A stretch of DNA of 64,000 nt from Deltaproteobacteria bacterium (GCA_040218735.1 JAVJQW010000055.1:96001-160000), one strand, 5' to 3'; positions 28,854-38,666 are shown, counted from the stretch's first letter. Program-made: numbers and translations. Notes: generated from the sequence alone by a model not told the origin.

Positions 28854-31225
28854 GGCACCTGACGGGATTCGAAGCGAAGGGGCGACGCATCGCCGAGCTG
28901 GTCCTCGCGCACCCGAAGAAGACCGTCGCGGCGTCGCTCGTGACGTTTGTCGCGTTCGCCGCCGGGCTCGTGTTCTCCGCGTTCTCGACCGACTACCGCA
29001 TCTTCTTCTCGGCGGAGGACCCGCAGCTGCTGGCGTTCGAGCAGCTCGAGCGCGTGTTCACCAAGACGGACAACGTGTTGTTCGTCGTGCACGACACCCG
29101 CGGTGACGTGTTCGATCGCGACACCCTCGCGTCGGTTCAGGCCATCACCGAGGCGGCGTGGAAGCTCCCCTACGCGAGCCGCGTCGACTCCCTCACGAAC
29201 TTCCGCAGCACACGCGCCGAAGACGAAGATCTGATCGTCGAGTCGCTGCTGAAGACGCCGGCCGCGAAGGCTTCGGACGCCGAGCTCCTCCGCGTGCGCG
29301 AGGCCGCAACGAGTGAGCCGCTGCTGGTCGGCGCGCTGCTGTCGCGTGACTACGCGACGACCGCCGTCAACGTGACGCTCCGCCTCCCCCGGAAGAGCCC
29401 GACGGAGGTCACCGATACCGCCGCCGCCGCGCGTGCGTTGGCGGCCGAGATCCAGGCTGCGCACCCCGGGCTCGAGGTTCGTGCGTGCGGGATGGCGCTG
29501 ATGAACGACGCGTTCATGGAGGCGTCCATCGAGGACATGTCGACGATCGTCCCGATCATGTACGCGGTGATGCTGCTCGTCATGATGCTGCTGCTGCGGA
29601 GCGGGCGGGCGACGGCGGCGATCGTCGCGATCGTTGCGCTCGCGTCGGGGGCGACCATGGGGCTCGGCGGGTGGCTCGGCTATCCGCTCACGCCGGTGAC
29701 GGCTTCGGCGCCGACGATCGTACTCACCCTCGCGGTCGCCGACGGCGTGCATATCTTTTCGTCGGTTCGCGAATATCTCGCGGCGGGCTACGACCGCCGA
29801 AACGCGGTCATCGAGTCACTCACGATCAATTTCCGTCCGGTGGTGCTCACCAGCGTGACGACGATGATCGGGTTCCTCTGTCTCAACTTCGCGGAAGCGC
29901 CTCCGTACTGGCACCTCGCAAACATGACCTCGGTGGGGATCCTGTTTGCGTTGGTCTTCTCGGTGACGCTCCTGCCCGTGATGCTCGTGTGGCTCGACAT
30001 CACGGAGCGCGCGGATGCTCCGAAGCGGTACGCGTGGCTGGATCGCTTCGCGGTCTTCGCGATCTCCGCCCCGAAGCTTTCGCTCGCGGTGGCGGCGGTG
30101 GCGACCGCAGTGCTCGGTCTCGCGGCCGCGCGCCTGCAATCCAACGATCACTTCCTGCAGTACTTCGACCACTCGATCGAGTTCCGCGGCGACGCGGAGT
30201 TCACGATGGAGCACCTCTCGGGGATCTACACGCTGGAGTACGCGATCGAGAGCGGCGAGGAGGGTGGGATCTCCGAGCCCGCGTATCTGGAGCGCCTCGA
30301 AGCGTTCACCGGGTGGCTCCGTGCACAGCCCGAGGTCGACCACGTCTACAGCTACACGGACATCGTGAAGCGGCTGAACCGCGACCTGAACGGGGGCGAC
30401 ACCGCATTCATGAAGCTCCCAGAGAGCCGCGAGCTCGCGAGTCAGTACCTTGTGCTCTACGAGATGTCGCTACCGTTCGGCCTCGACCTCACCGACCGCG
30501 TCGACATCAAGAAGTCCGCGACGCGTGTGTCGGTGATCGCCAAGGACCTCTCCAGCAGTCAGATGAAGGCGTTCAAGGAGCGCTCGGAGCACTGGCTGAA
30601 ACGCAACACCCCCCAACCCATGCACGCCCTCGCGACGAGCCCGGTGGTGATCTTCTCGCACCTCGCGGACCGGAACACGAAGAGCATGATGCGCGGGAAC
30701 GTCGCGTCGCTGGTGATGATCTCGCTGTGCCTCATCCTCGCGCTCGCGAGCCTGAGGCTTGGGCTGCTGTCGATCATCCCGAACGTCCTCCCGATCGTCT
30801 TCGGCTACGGGTTGTGGTCGTTGATGTTCTCGGAGATCAACATCGTCGCGTCGATCGTGGGGACGATCTGCCTCGGCATCATCGTCGACGACACGATTCA
30901 CTTTCTGTCGAAGTTCCAGTTCAAGCGGCGCGTCGAGGGGCTCGATGCTCGGAGCGCCGTCATCGAGACGATCAAGAACGTCGGTCCTGCGCTGATCGTC
31001 ACCACGCTCATCCTGGGGTGTGGGTTCGGCGTCCTCACGCAGTCCGGCTTCCAGATGAACCAGTACCTGGGATTGATGACCGTGATGGTCGTCGGCTTCG
31101 CGCTCGTCGCGGACCTGCTGATCCTCCCGCCGCTACTCGTGGCGCTCGAAGGGCGCCGACGTCCCGCAGAGACGTACACCAATGAATTCTCCCCGTCCGC
31201 GCACGGGGCCCGAGGAGTGCTCTGA
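28850..31225 (+). CDS. MMPL/RND family lipid transporter
   Basis: Two TM bundles with AVADGVH and GIIVDDTIHFL; LTSVTT.IGF. Confidence 0.92.
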   Translation: MRHLTGFEAKGRRIAELVLAHPKKTVAASLVTFVAFAAGLVFSAFSTDYRIFFSAEDPQLLAFEQLERVFTKTDNVLFVVHDTRGDVFDRDTLASVQAITEAAWKLPYASRVDSLTNFRSTRAEDEDLIVESLLKTPAAKASDAELLRVREAATSEPLLVGALLSRDYATTAVNVTLRLPRKSPTEVTDTAAAARALAAEIQAAHPGLEVRACGMALMNDAFMEASIEDMSTIVPIMYAVMLLVMMLLLRSGRATAAIVAIVALASGATMGLGGWLGYPLTPVTASAPTIVLTLAVADGVHIFSSVREYLAAGYDRRNAVIESLTINFRPVVLTSVTTMIGFLCLNFAEAPPYWHLANMTSVGILFALVFSVTLLPVMLVWLDITERADAPKRYAWLDRFAVFAISAPKLSLAVAAVATAVLGLAAARLQSNDHFLQYFDHSIEFRGDAEFTMEHLSGIYTLEYAIESGEEGGISEPAYLERLEAFTGWLRAQPEVDHVYSYTDIVKRLNRDLNGGDTAFMKLPESRELASQYLVLYEMSLPFGLDLTDRVDIKKSATRVSVIAKDLSSSQMKAFKERSEHWLKRNTPQPMHALATSPVVIFSHLADRNTKSMMRGNVASLVMISLCLILALASLRLGLLSIIPNVLPIVFGYGLWSLMFSEINIVASIVGTICLGIIVDDTIHFLSKFQFKRRVEGLDARSAVIETIKNVGPALIVTTLILGCGFGVLTQSGFQMNQYLGLMTVMVVGFALVADLLILPPLLVALEGRRRPAETYTNEFSPSAHGARGVL

Positions 31226-31226
31226 G

Positions 31227-32018
31227 ATGAAGAAATCCACTACGATCACCGCCGTCGCGAGCGTTCTGCTCGCCGCCCCCGTCGCCTTCGCAGCGCTCGA
31301 CCGCGGCGAAGAGATCGCAAAGAAAGTCGCCGCCGCCAACCTGGGGTACGGGGACATGACCGCGCACCTCGAGATGATCCTCGAGGACGCCGAGGGGCAG
31401 TCGAGCCGCCGCGTCATGCGCGTGAAGTCGCTCGAGCGCCGCGCCGCCGACCAGGGTGACCTCTCCCTCGTGGTCTTCGAGAGCCCGCGCGACGTGAAGG
31501 GCATGGCGCTCCTCTCCCACGCGGGGGTCCTCGACGGTGACGAGCAGTGGCTCTACCTTCCCGCCGCCAAGCGGGTCCGGCGCATCGCCGGCGGAAACAC
31601 GTCGGGGCCGTTCGTCGGGAGTGAGTTCGCCTACGAGGACATCACGGGCACCGAAGTCGGAAAGTACGCCTGGCACTACGTCGCCGAGGGCCAGTGCCCC
31701 GGCGCCGCAGGGAAGTGCTTCCAACTCGAGTCGCGCCCGAAGTACGACGACTCCGGCTACAGCCGCCGGGTGGTGTGGGTCGACGAGTCGGCCTACCGGG
31801 TACACAAGATCGACTTCTACGATCGACGCGACGCGCTCCTGAAGACGCTCACGTACAAGAACTACAAGCAGCACGGTAAGTTCTGGCGGGCCGGTGAGTG
31901 GGAGATGAAGAACCACCAGAGCGGCAAGAAGACCCGGCTGGTGTTCACCGACTTCTCGTTCGGCAACGGCTTCGAAGAGAGTGACTTCCACCGCTCCGTG
32001 CTGAAGCGCATCCGCTGA
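31227..32018 (+). CDS. Outer-membrane lipoprotein-sorting (LolA-like) protein
   Basis: Signal peptide; P.DVKG, QWLYLPAAKRVRRI, FVGSEFAYED. Confidence 0.88.
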   Translation: MKKSTTITAVASVLLAAPVAFAALDRGEEIAKKVAAANLGYGDMTAHLEMILEDAEGQSSRRVMRVKSLERRAADQGDLSLVVFESPRDVKGMALLSHAGVLDGDEQWLYLPAAKRVRRIAGGNTSGPFVGSEFAYEDITGTEVGKYAWHYVAEGQCPGAAGKCFQLESRPKYDDSGYSRRVVWVDESAYRVHKIDFYDRRDALLKTLTYKNYKQHGKFWRAGEWEMKNHQSGKKTRLVFTDFSFGNGFEESDFHRSVLKRIR

Positions 32019-32029
32019 GGAGCGACCCA

Positions 32030-33217
32030 GTGGTGCGTACGTCTCTCGTTCTGCTCGCGCTGTTCGTGTCCTCCAACGCGTACGCGCTGGAGATCGCGGG
32101 AGACGTACGTGCGGACGGTCGGGTGTTCCTGGCCGCGCCGCGGCACCTCGGACAACGGCTCGGGACGGCGCCGTCGGTCGCGATCTCACCCATCGCTTCG
32201 GTGCAGACCGACGACCTGACCCACACGCTGACGGTGCAACCCTTCTTGCGCGTGGACGCCGCCGACGCCGCGCGCACGCATTGGGATCTTCGGCAGGCGG
32301 ACTATCAGTTCGCGACGGGTGGGTTCTCGTTCGGCGCGGGCATCGGGACGTTCACGTCCGGCGTCCTCGATACACACCGCGTCGTCGACGTCGTGAATCA
32401 GCGGGATCTCGTCGAGGACCTCGACGGCAGCGTGAAGCTGGGGCAGCCGTACGTGGGTATCGGCTACGCGACGGGGCCGTGGGCGTTTACGTTCCAGTAC
32501 CTGCCGTATCACCGCAAACGGACGTTCCCGGGCGAGCGCGGTCGACTCCGGTTCCCGCTCCTGGTCGACGACGACGAGGTCCTCTACGAGTCCAAGCTGG
32601 GCCCCTGGCACCCGTCCTTCGCGGCGCGCGCTTCGGTCGCCACGGGGCCCTTCGACATCGGAGTTTCTGGGTTCTCGGGCTTGTCGCGCGAGCCGCGGTT
32701 CTTCGGTCAGATCTTCGATGCCTCGGCGGTGGTTCCGCAGTACGACTTCTTGCAGCAGGCGGCGGTCGACGCGCAGTGGACGCTCGACGCGTTGATCATC
32801 AAGGGGGAGGCCGCGGCGCGGTGGTGGTCGAAGGACCTCCGCTTCTTCGTCGCCGCGGGCGGCGGCGCCGAGTACCACTTCTACGATCTGTGGGGCACGG
32901 GCGCGGACCTCGCGTTCCTCGCCGAGTACCACTTCGACGGACGCGCGCCGGACGCGCCGGTCGCGTTCTTCGACAACGACGTCGTCACCGGCCTGCGCCT
33001 CGCGATCAACGACACCGGCGACACCCAATTCATCGCCGGCGTCGTCCGCGACCTCGCGAACACCGCGACGTACGCCCGCGCGCAGATCTTCCGCCGCTTC
33101 GGCGACCGCTGGCGCGCGGCGCTCGAGGCGCGGATGTTCCTCGGTCAGGAAGGCCAGCTCGAGAGCGGCCTCCTCGACGACGACTACCTGCAGGGGAGCG
33201 TGGTCTACTTCTTCTGA
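32030..33217 (+). CDS. Outer-membrane beta-barrel protein
   Basis: Signal peptide, amphipathic strands, terminal Phe (VVYFF); follows the MMPL/LolA-like pair. Confidence 0.75.
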   Translation: MVRTSLVLLALFVSSNAYALEIAGDVRADGRVFLAAPRHLGQRLGTAPSVAISPIASVQTDDLTHTLTVQPFLRVDAADAARTHWDLRQADYQFATGGFSFGAGIGTFTSGVLDTHRVVDVVNQRDLVEDLDGSVKLGQPYVGIGYATGPWAFTFQYLPYHRKRTFPGERGRLRFPLLVDDDEVLYESKLGPWHPSFAARASVATGPFDIGVSGFSGLSREPRFFGQIFDASAVVPQYDFLQQAAVDAQWTLDALIIKGEAAARWWSKDLRFFVAAGGGAEYHFYDLWGTGADLAFLAEYHFDGRAPDAPVAFFDNDVVTGLRLAINDTGDTQFIAGVVRDLANTATYARAQIFRRFGDRWRAALEARMFLGQEGQLESGLLDDDYLQGSVVYFF

Positions 33218-33220
33218 GCG

Positions 33221-33556
33221 CTAGGTCTTCAGCGCTTCGAATCCATCCTTCGGGAATCCCACGAAGAGCTTCTTCCCCGAGCGAATCAGCGGCGCGCGCA
33301 GGTTGCCCGTGGGGCCCAGCATCGCGGCGACGATCGTGTCGCGGTCGTCCTTCTTCGGGTCGAAGCGAGTCAGCTTCGTGCCCTTGGCGACGTGGACTTC
33401 GGTCGCGCCGTCGAGCAGCTGCTCCGCGTAGTCCCGTCCGAGTTTCTTGCTCGCCGACACCGTCTCTTTCGGCTCGGCGGACGCTTGCGCGAGAAACTCC
33501 CGCGCTCGTTTGCAAGACGTTCAACCGTTGCGGTGGTAGTACCAGTCGATCTTCAT
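33221..33556 (-). CDS. ArsC/Spx-family selenoprotein (UxxC), 111 aa
   Basis: ATG at 33556 reads MKIDWYYHRNG-TGA-TSCKRAREFL... in frame with the track ORF 33221..33460 (...NLRAPLIRSGKKLFVGF). TGA at 33523-33521 occupies the first Cys position of CxxC. Confidence 0.85.
33481..33520 (-). promoter_or_regulatory. Putative bacterial SECIS element
   Basis: Immediately 3' of UGA: lower stem ACG(U)CUU/AAGCGU, upper stem GCGCGGG/CUCGCGC, loop AGUUU starting 23 nt after UGA. Confidence 0.65.
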
Positions 33557-34980
33557 CGCGCCGCCTCGTTAGCGGGTCGTGCTGAGATACGCAACCGATC
33601 ACGTCGAAGCGCCGATCGCACGACCTTTCCGCGCTCGGAGCGAGGCAACACCTCCACGAGCTCGACGGAGGCCGGGACCATGTACACCGGCAGCGCGCGC
33701 CGGCACGCGGCCTGGATGTCCGCAGCTGAGAGCCGGGCGTTCGGCTCGAGGACCACGTGCGCCACGACGCGTTCCCCCGTCCGCCGATCCGGCACGCCGA
33801 CCACCGCGCAGGCATGAACGCCGGGTAGGGCGTCGATCGCCGCTTCGATCTCCCGTGGGCCGACGCGGTGGCCTGCGACCGAGATCATGTCGTCGCGGCG
33901 CCCGACGATGAAGAGGTAGCCGTCTTCGTCCAGGTAACCCATGTCGCGGGTTCGGAGCCACCCGTCCCGAACGACTTCGGCCGTCGCGGCCGGGTCACCC
34001 AGGTAACCGGACATGACGTTGTCGCCGCGCGCGAAGATCTCACCGAGCACATGGGCCGGCGCCGGCGCGCCGTCGTCGACGCGCACCGAAATCTCGACGC
34101 CCGGGATCGCGATACCCACCGAGCCGGGTTTTCGGTCGAGGTCTTCGGGCGGGAGATAACTCAGGCGCGCCGAAGCCTCGGTCTGCCCGTACATGCAGAA
34201 GAGCCGGGCGTTCGAGAACGCGCGGCGCACGCGGGTTGCGAGAGGCGTGGGCATCGGTGCACCGGCCTGGGTCACGTAGCGAAGGCTCGTGAGGTCGTAG
34301 GTTGCGATGCCGGGGGTGTCCAAAATCCGCAGAAACGTCGAAGGCACCGCCGAAAGACCGGTGCAGCGGTAGGTCTGAATCGTGTCGAGGAGCGGTCCGA
34401 CGAACGCGGCGGATCCGGCCTCGACGATCGTACCGCCCGCGTGGAGTTGAGTATTCAGGACCGAGAACCCATACGCGTGGTGGTTCGGGAGGCACGCCGC
34501 GACTCGATCCTGATCGGACAGCCCGAGGTATTCCACGATGGCGCGGGTGTTGGCTTCGATGTTGGCGTGCGTGAGCATGACGCCCTTGGGCTCCGCCGTG
34601 GTCCCCGAGGTGTGAAAGATCATCGCGACGTCCGCGCCGACGTCACGACGCTGCGGTGTCCTTGGCTCGATCTGGTCCCGCGACCGCACGACGAGGCACG
34701 CCCCGGCGCGCTCGGCGATCTCCGCGTAGCGTTTATCGCCTTCCCCCAGCGGAATCGAGACGGCGCCCGCCATCGAGGCGCCGTAGGTCGCGACGAGGAA
34801 GTCCAGACCCCGCGTCATGACGACGACACGATCGCCCGGACCGACGCCGAGCCGTGCGGCGAAGTCGCGGACCAGAGTGAGCAGCCGGCCGTAGGTCGTG
34901 ACCTCGTCCGCGTCGACATGTGCGATGCGCTCGGGATCTTCGAGCGCGTGCCGAATGAGTGCGTCGTGAATCGCGGTCAT
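33553..34980 (-). CDS. Class I adenylate-forming enzyme (acyl-CoA/ACP ligase-like)
   Basis: FHTSGTTAEPKG, MYGQTE, RTRDMG, GRRDD, LPRSERGK. ATG at 34980. Confidence 0.9.
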   Translation of the reverse strand: MTAIHDALIRHALEDPERIAHVDADEVTTYGRLLTLVRDFAARLGVGPGDRVVVMTRGLDFLVATYGASMAGAVSIPLGEGDKRYAEIAERAGACLVVRSRDQIEPRTPQRRDVGADVAMIFHTSGTTAEPKGVMLTHANIEANTRAIVEYLGLSDQDRVAACLPNHHAYGFSVLNTQLHAGGTIVEAGSAAFVGPLLDTIQTYRCTGLSAVPSTFLRILDTPGIATYDLTSLRYVTQAGAPMPTPLATRVRRAFSNARLFCMYGQTEASARLSYLPPEDLDRKPGSVGIAIPGVEISVRVDDGAPAPAHVLGEIFARGDNVMSGYLGDPAATAEVVRDGWLRTRDMGYLDEDGYLFIVGRRDDMISVAGHRVGPREIEAAIDALPGVHACAVVGVPDRRTGERVVAHVVLEPNARLSAADIQAACRRALPVYMVPASVELVEVLPRSERGKVVRSALRRDRLRISARPANEAAR

Positions 34981-35801
34981 GGGTAGCTCCCTCCGGCCGG
35001 CACCACGGTCCCGATGTCGAGCGTGGCGCCGGCGGCGATTTTCGCGCGCGCGCCGACGATGACTCCGCGGTCGATGGTCACGCCGTGGCCGATGCGCGCG
35101 GCGTCGCCGATCTGGACGTCGCTGTGGAGCCAACACCCCGGACCGAGGCGAGCCGCGCCGCCGACTGTGCAGCCCGGACCAATGAGGCACTCCGCACCCA
35201 CGATGCTGCCGTCCCCCACGTAGACGCCGGGGCCGACCTTCACACTCTCCAGGAGCTGCGCGCCCCGGCCGATTCGCACCGGCGCGAGGGTCAGCGTCCG
35301 GCCCATGGCCGCGTGACACGCGATGACGACGCCGGCGGAGATCTGCGCGTCGCGTTCGACGGCGATCAGGGAGGGGTCGAGCATCACCGGATCCGAGGAG
35401 CTCTGAAAGCCGAACGCGACGCGCGCGCCGAGCGCTCGGAGCATGAGCGTGCGCAGCGTGGTCGTCGAGAACATCAACGGTCGCCACACCGGGAGATACA
35501 TGACGCGCATGAGCGCGAAGTGCAGGAGCCACACGATGACGCCACGGTCCTTCGGGACCGCGTAGATTCCTGCTTCGAGCTTCGGGAGGAGGTTTCGGAC
35601 GAGCCACGCCATGGCGCAGAGGCCGACGAGGTAGAGGAGCACACCGATGGGGAGGAGCAGCGCTTGGACGATCGGCGCCAGCGCCAGTCGTTGGTGTACG
35701 GCGACGAGCGCAGCGGCAGGGGGCCCCGCGATCGTCAAGAACATCGCGACGAAAAGTGCGTCGAACGCCACGTACATCGAGGTGGGGACATCGGCTTTCA
35801 T
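34977..35801 (-). CDS. Membrane-anchored left-handed beta-helix (hexapeptide) acyltransferase
   Basis: N-terminal TM helices, LRALGARV, then [VI]G..... hexapeptide repeats. Confidence 0.78.
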   Translation of the reverse strand: MKADVPTSMYVAFDALFVAMFLTIAGPPAAALVAVHQRLALAPIVQALLLPIGVLLYLVGLCAMAWLVRNLLPKLEAGIYAVPKDRGVIVWLLHFALMRVMYLPVWRPLMFSTTTLRTLMLRALGARVAFGFQSSSDPVMLDPSLIAVERDAQISAGVVIACHAAMGRTLTLAPVRIGRGAQLLESVKVGPGVYVGDGSIVGAECLIGPGCTVGGAARLGPGCWLHSDVQIGDAARIGHGVTIDRGVIVGARAKIAAGATLDIGTVVPAGGSYP

Positions 35802-37297
35802 GACAGAGGCTCCTGCACCAGCAGACGGGGTTTGGTCTGGGCGTGTCCGCGTTTGAAGGCGAACGACGGGTGATCGGGCGCGACGCGGCGCGCGGTGAGC
35901 GGGTCGAGCGTCCCGTTTGCGACGTACCGTCGGTAGATCGGGTTGAGCTCTGCGAGTGCGAGCTCCACCGCCGAGACCTCTCCGGGCGCGATGGGTTCGT
36001 CCACGCACAACTCGAGCCCGCGGCCCGACGCCGCAGGAGCGACGAGGCACGATCGATCGCGGGTGAGTTGCTTCAGCACCTCCACCAGCTCTGCTTCGCT
36101 GACGGAGGCGGGGCCGAGGCTGATCTGGTTGGCGCTCTTGTGCGAGAAATGAACGATGGGAGATCGGTGAAAATAGCCCGTGCACGTCACGACGTCCTGA
36201 AGCCGATAGCGCACCAAACCCATCGCCGTGGTGAGTACGAGCTCGTAGGATTGCCCGGGTTCCAGCGCCCACATGGGGACGAGGTTCCGCGCGTGAGGCT
36301 CCATCCCCAGCGGGAGGAGCTCGAACACGTGGGCTCCGGGGTGGAGGGGGCCCCCGGGTGCGCCGTCGGCGCGCGGGACGTTCATCCACCCCTCGGTCGC
36401 GGAGTAGGTCGCGTCGACGAACGGGACGCCGCCGACCACGCGCCGGAGCGCGGGGAGCTGCAGACCGCACGTGGATGACTTCCAGCAGATGACCGCCTGG
36501 AGGGTGGGCCAGAGCGCTCCGAGGTCATCACCGCCGTCGAGGACCGAACGGATGAGATCGCGTCGAGCGTCGTCGAGTCGGGCCGGTGGGAGCGGCGCCG
36601 GCGGCTGCGCGCGGCCGGCGAGGATCGGCTCGTACAGGGCGCGGTTCGCGCCGAGGTTTTCGAAGAAACGAGAGATCGCCGCCGGGGTGATGCCGACCAT
36701 CGCGCTCAGGTCGGTGGCGACGGCGTAGAGCGGCCCCCATCGCGAGAACGATTCTTCGCTCGCGAGGACCTCGATCGGGAACCCATACAACCTACGCAGG
36801 AACGCGGGGATCGTGCGGTAGTTGAAGTGACTGATGAGTCCGACTTCGACGCCGGAGGGCGAGAACTCAACGGGTTTCGTGGCCGCGAAGTACAGCACCG
36901 GACGTGACAAGAGCTTCGGAAATCTGGAGGTGAGTCCTCGGAGGAAGGCCGGCGTCGTAGTCTGGAACTGGCGACGGTAGGTCGGTGTGATGGGGAAGAG
37001 TTTTCGGGGGCCTGTTGTTCCGGTGCTCTCGGACCAGTAGAGGATGGGTTCCGCCGACAGCTCGGAGCGCTCCTTCGCGAAGCTCCGCGTCAGCGCGTCG
37101 CGGTAGTCGTCGTACGTGGTGAGCGCGAAGTCGGACAGCGAGGCCGCCCCGCCGCGCCAGAAGGGCGAACGCCGAAGGACGCGCCACGTCTCGGCCCACA
37201 CCCGCGCCTGTGCGCGTTCGGGGTTCTGACAGTCGCGCACGAAGGCGCGGTGCGGAAGGAGCGTGCTCGCGCGGAGCAGCGGGCGTGCGATGTTCAT
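35798..37297 (-). CDS. GH3-family acyl-acid amido synthetase-like protein
   Basis: ESTGTTGPRKLFPIT, YSATEG, GLVRYRLQDVV match GH3 motifs 1-3; GAGGAGG RBS upstream of ATG at 37297. Confidence 0.85.
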   Translation of the reverse strand: MNIARPLLRASTLLPHRAFVRDCQNPERAQARVWAETWRVLRRSPFWRGGAASLSDFALTTYDDYRDALTRSFAKERSELSAEPILYWSESTGTTGPRKLFPITPTYRRQFQTTTPAFLRGLTSRFPKLLSRPVLYFAATKPVEFSPSGVEVGLISHFNYRTIPAFLRRLYGFPIEVLASEESFSRWGPLYAVATDLSAMVGITPAAISRFFENLGANRALYEPILAGRAQPPAPLPPARLDDARRDLIRSVLDGGDDLGALWPTLQAVICWKSSTCGLQLPALRRVVGGVPFVDATYSATEGWMNVPRADGAPGGPLHPGAHVFELLPLGMEPHARNLVPMWALEPGQSYELVLTTAMGLVRYRLQDVVTCTGYFHRSPIVHFSHKSANQISLGPASVSEAELVEVLKQLTRDRSCLVAPAASGRGLELCVDEPIAPGEVSAVELALAELNPIYRRYVANGTLDPLTARRVAPDHPSFAFKRGHAQTKPRLLVQEPLS

Positions 37298-37310
37298 GGT
37301 GTCGTCCTCC

Positions 37311-38666
37311 TCACAGCGGCCCGTTGCCGGGCGCGGCATCGGTGATGTGCGGTGCGCCGAGCACCGCGAACGCGCGCGCGAGCTCGGGTCGGGTAGCGTC
37401 GGGGTGGATCGTCTTGTCCAAGACCCCGGCTGCGGCTGCGCCGCCCGCGGCTTCGTACAGCGGGTGGACTTCGCCGCGGACCGCGCGGGCAGCCGCACCG
37501 CCCATCGCTTCGAACCGCGTCGAAGGGTAGGCGAGCCGAAGCTGTCCGGGCAGCGCGAGGACGCTCCCGCCGCCGTACACCTTGCGGATCACGAGGGACA
37601 CGAGCGGGGTTCGGCAGCGGGCGTACGCGTAGATGAGCTTCGCGCCGTGGAGGAGGAGCCCGCCCTGTTCCTGGTCCACGCCGGGGAGGAAGCCGGGGAC
37701 GTCGACGAGCGTCAGGATCGGCAATCCGAACGCGCTGCAGAGCTGAACGAGGCGCGCGCCCTTACGCGAGGCTTCGCAGTCGAGCACGCCAGCGCGGTGC
37801 AGCGGTTGACTCGCGAGGATGCCGATCGAACGTCCGCCGAGGCGGGCGAGCCCGACGACGAGGTTCTTCGCGTACGCACCCTGGAGCTCCAGGAACGAGC
37901 CGCGGTCGACGATCTCCTCCACGATGGGGTGCACGTCGTACGGCTTTCGCTCCGAAGTGGGGAGAGCGGCTGCGATGCCTCGCGTCACGCGGTCGAGCGG
38001 GTCGTCGTTTGCGACCGCGTTGGCGGGGAGGTACGCGAGCAGGGCGCGCGCGGCGTCGATGGAGCTGGCTTCGTCGTCGGCGGTGACGTGCACGAGGCCG
38101 GTCGTGGTCGCGTGCATCGGGACGCCGCCGAGCGCATCGATCGCGACTTCACGCCCCGTCACGATCTGCGTGACGCGCGGCCCAGTGACGAAGCAGTAGC
38201 CGCCGTCCTCGTGACCGACGACCACGTCCTGCAGCGCCGAACCGTACGCGGCGCCGCCGACGCACAGGCCGAGCACCACGCCGACCTGCGGCACGAGCCC
38301 CGACAGGCGCGCGGTCGCGGCCAGCACCTGCGCGAACGCCTCCATCGCGGCCGGGCCTTCTTCGATACGGACGCCGTCCGAGTCGAACAGCGTGACGACG
38401 GGGGTACGTCGCCGCTCGGCGAGCTCGAGGAGCCGAAGGATCTTCTGGCCGCCGCTCACGCCGAGCGCTCCGCGCTGCACCATCGGGTCGTGCGCGTAGG
38501 CGGCGACGGTGCGGCCGTCGATGCGGCCGAACCCGGCGATGACGCCGTCTTCACCGTCCCGTCGCGCGCCCACTTCGACGAAGCTCTCCGCGTCGAAGAG
38601 GCGCTCGATGCGTTCGCGGACGAGGAGCCGTCCGAGGCGCTTGTGGCGGCGCTCTGCGGCGCTCAT
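37311..38666 (-). CDS. Acyl-CoA carboxylase carboxyltransferase subunit
   Basis: RERIERLFD, DGVIAGFGRIDGR, GGAAY, FVTGP, DVPGFLPG, RKVYGG. Confidence 0.9.
   Translation of the reverse strand: MSAAERRHKRLGRLLVRERIERLFDAESFVEVGARRDGEDGVIAGFGRIDGRTVAAYAHDPMVQRGALGVSGGQKILRLLELAERRRTPVVTLFDSDGVRIEEGPAAMEAFAQVLAATARLSGLVPQVGVVLGLCVGGAAYGSALQDVVVGHEDGGYCFVTGPRVTQIVTGREVAIDALGGVPMHATTTGLVHVTADDEASSIDAARALLAYLPANAVANDDPLDRVTRGIAAALPTSERKPYDVHPIVEEIVDRGSFLELQGAYAKNLVVGLARLGGRSIGILASQPLHRAGVLDCEASRKGARLVQLCSAFGLPILTLVDVPGFLPGVDQEQGGLLLHGAKLIYAYARCRTPLVSLVIRKVYGGGSVLALPGQLRLAYPSTRFEAMGGAAARAVRGEVHPLYEAAGGAAAAGVLDKTIHPDATRPELARAFAVLGAPHITDAAPGNGPL

Noticed and set aside
24140-31241. Identical 13-mer GAAGAAATCCACT at 24140 and 31229
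   Set aside because: One copy is coding (MKKST); chance 13-mer matches are expected in 64 kb.
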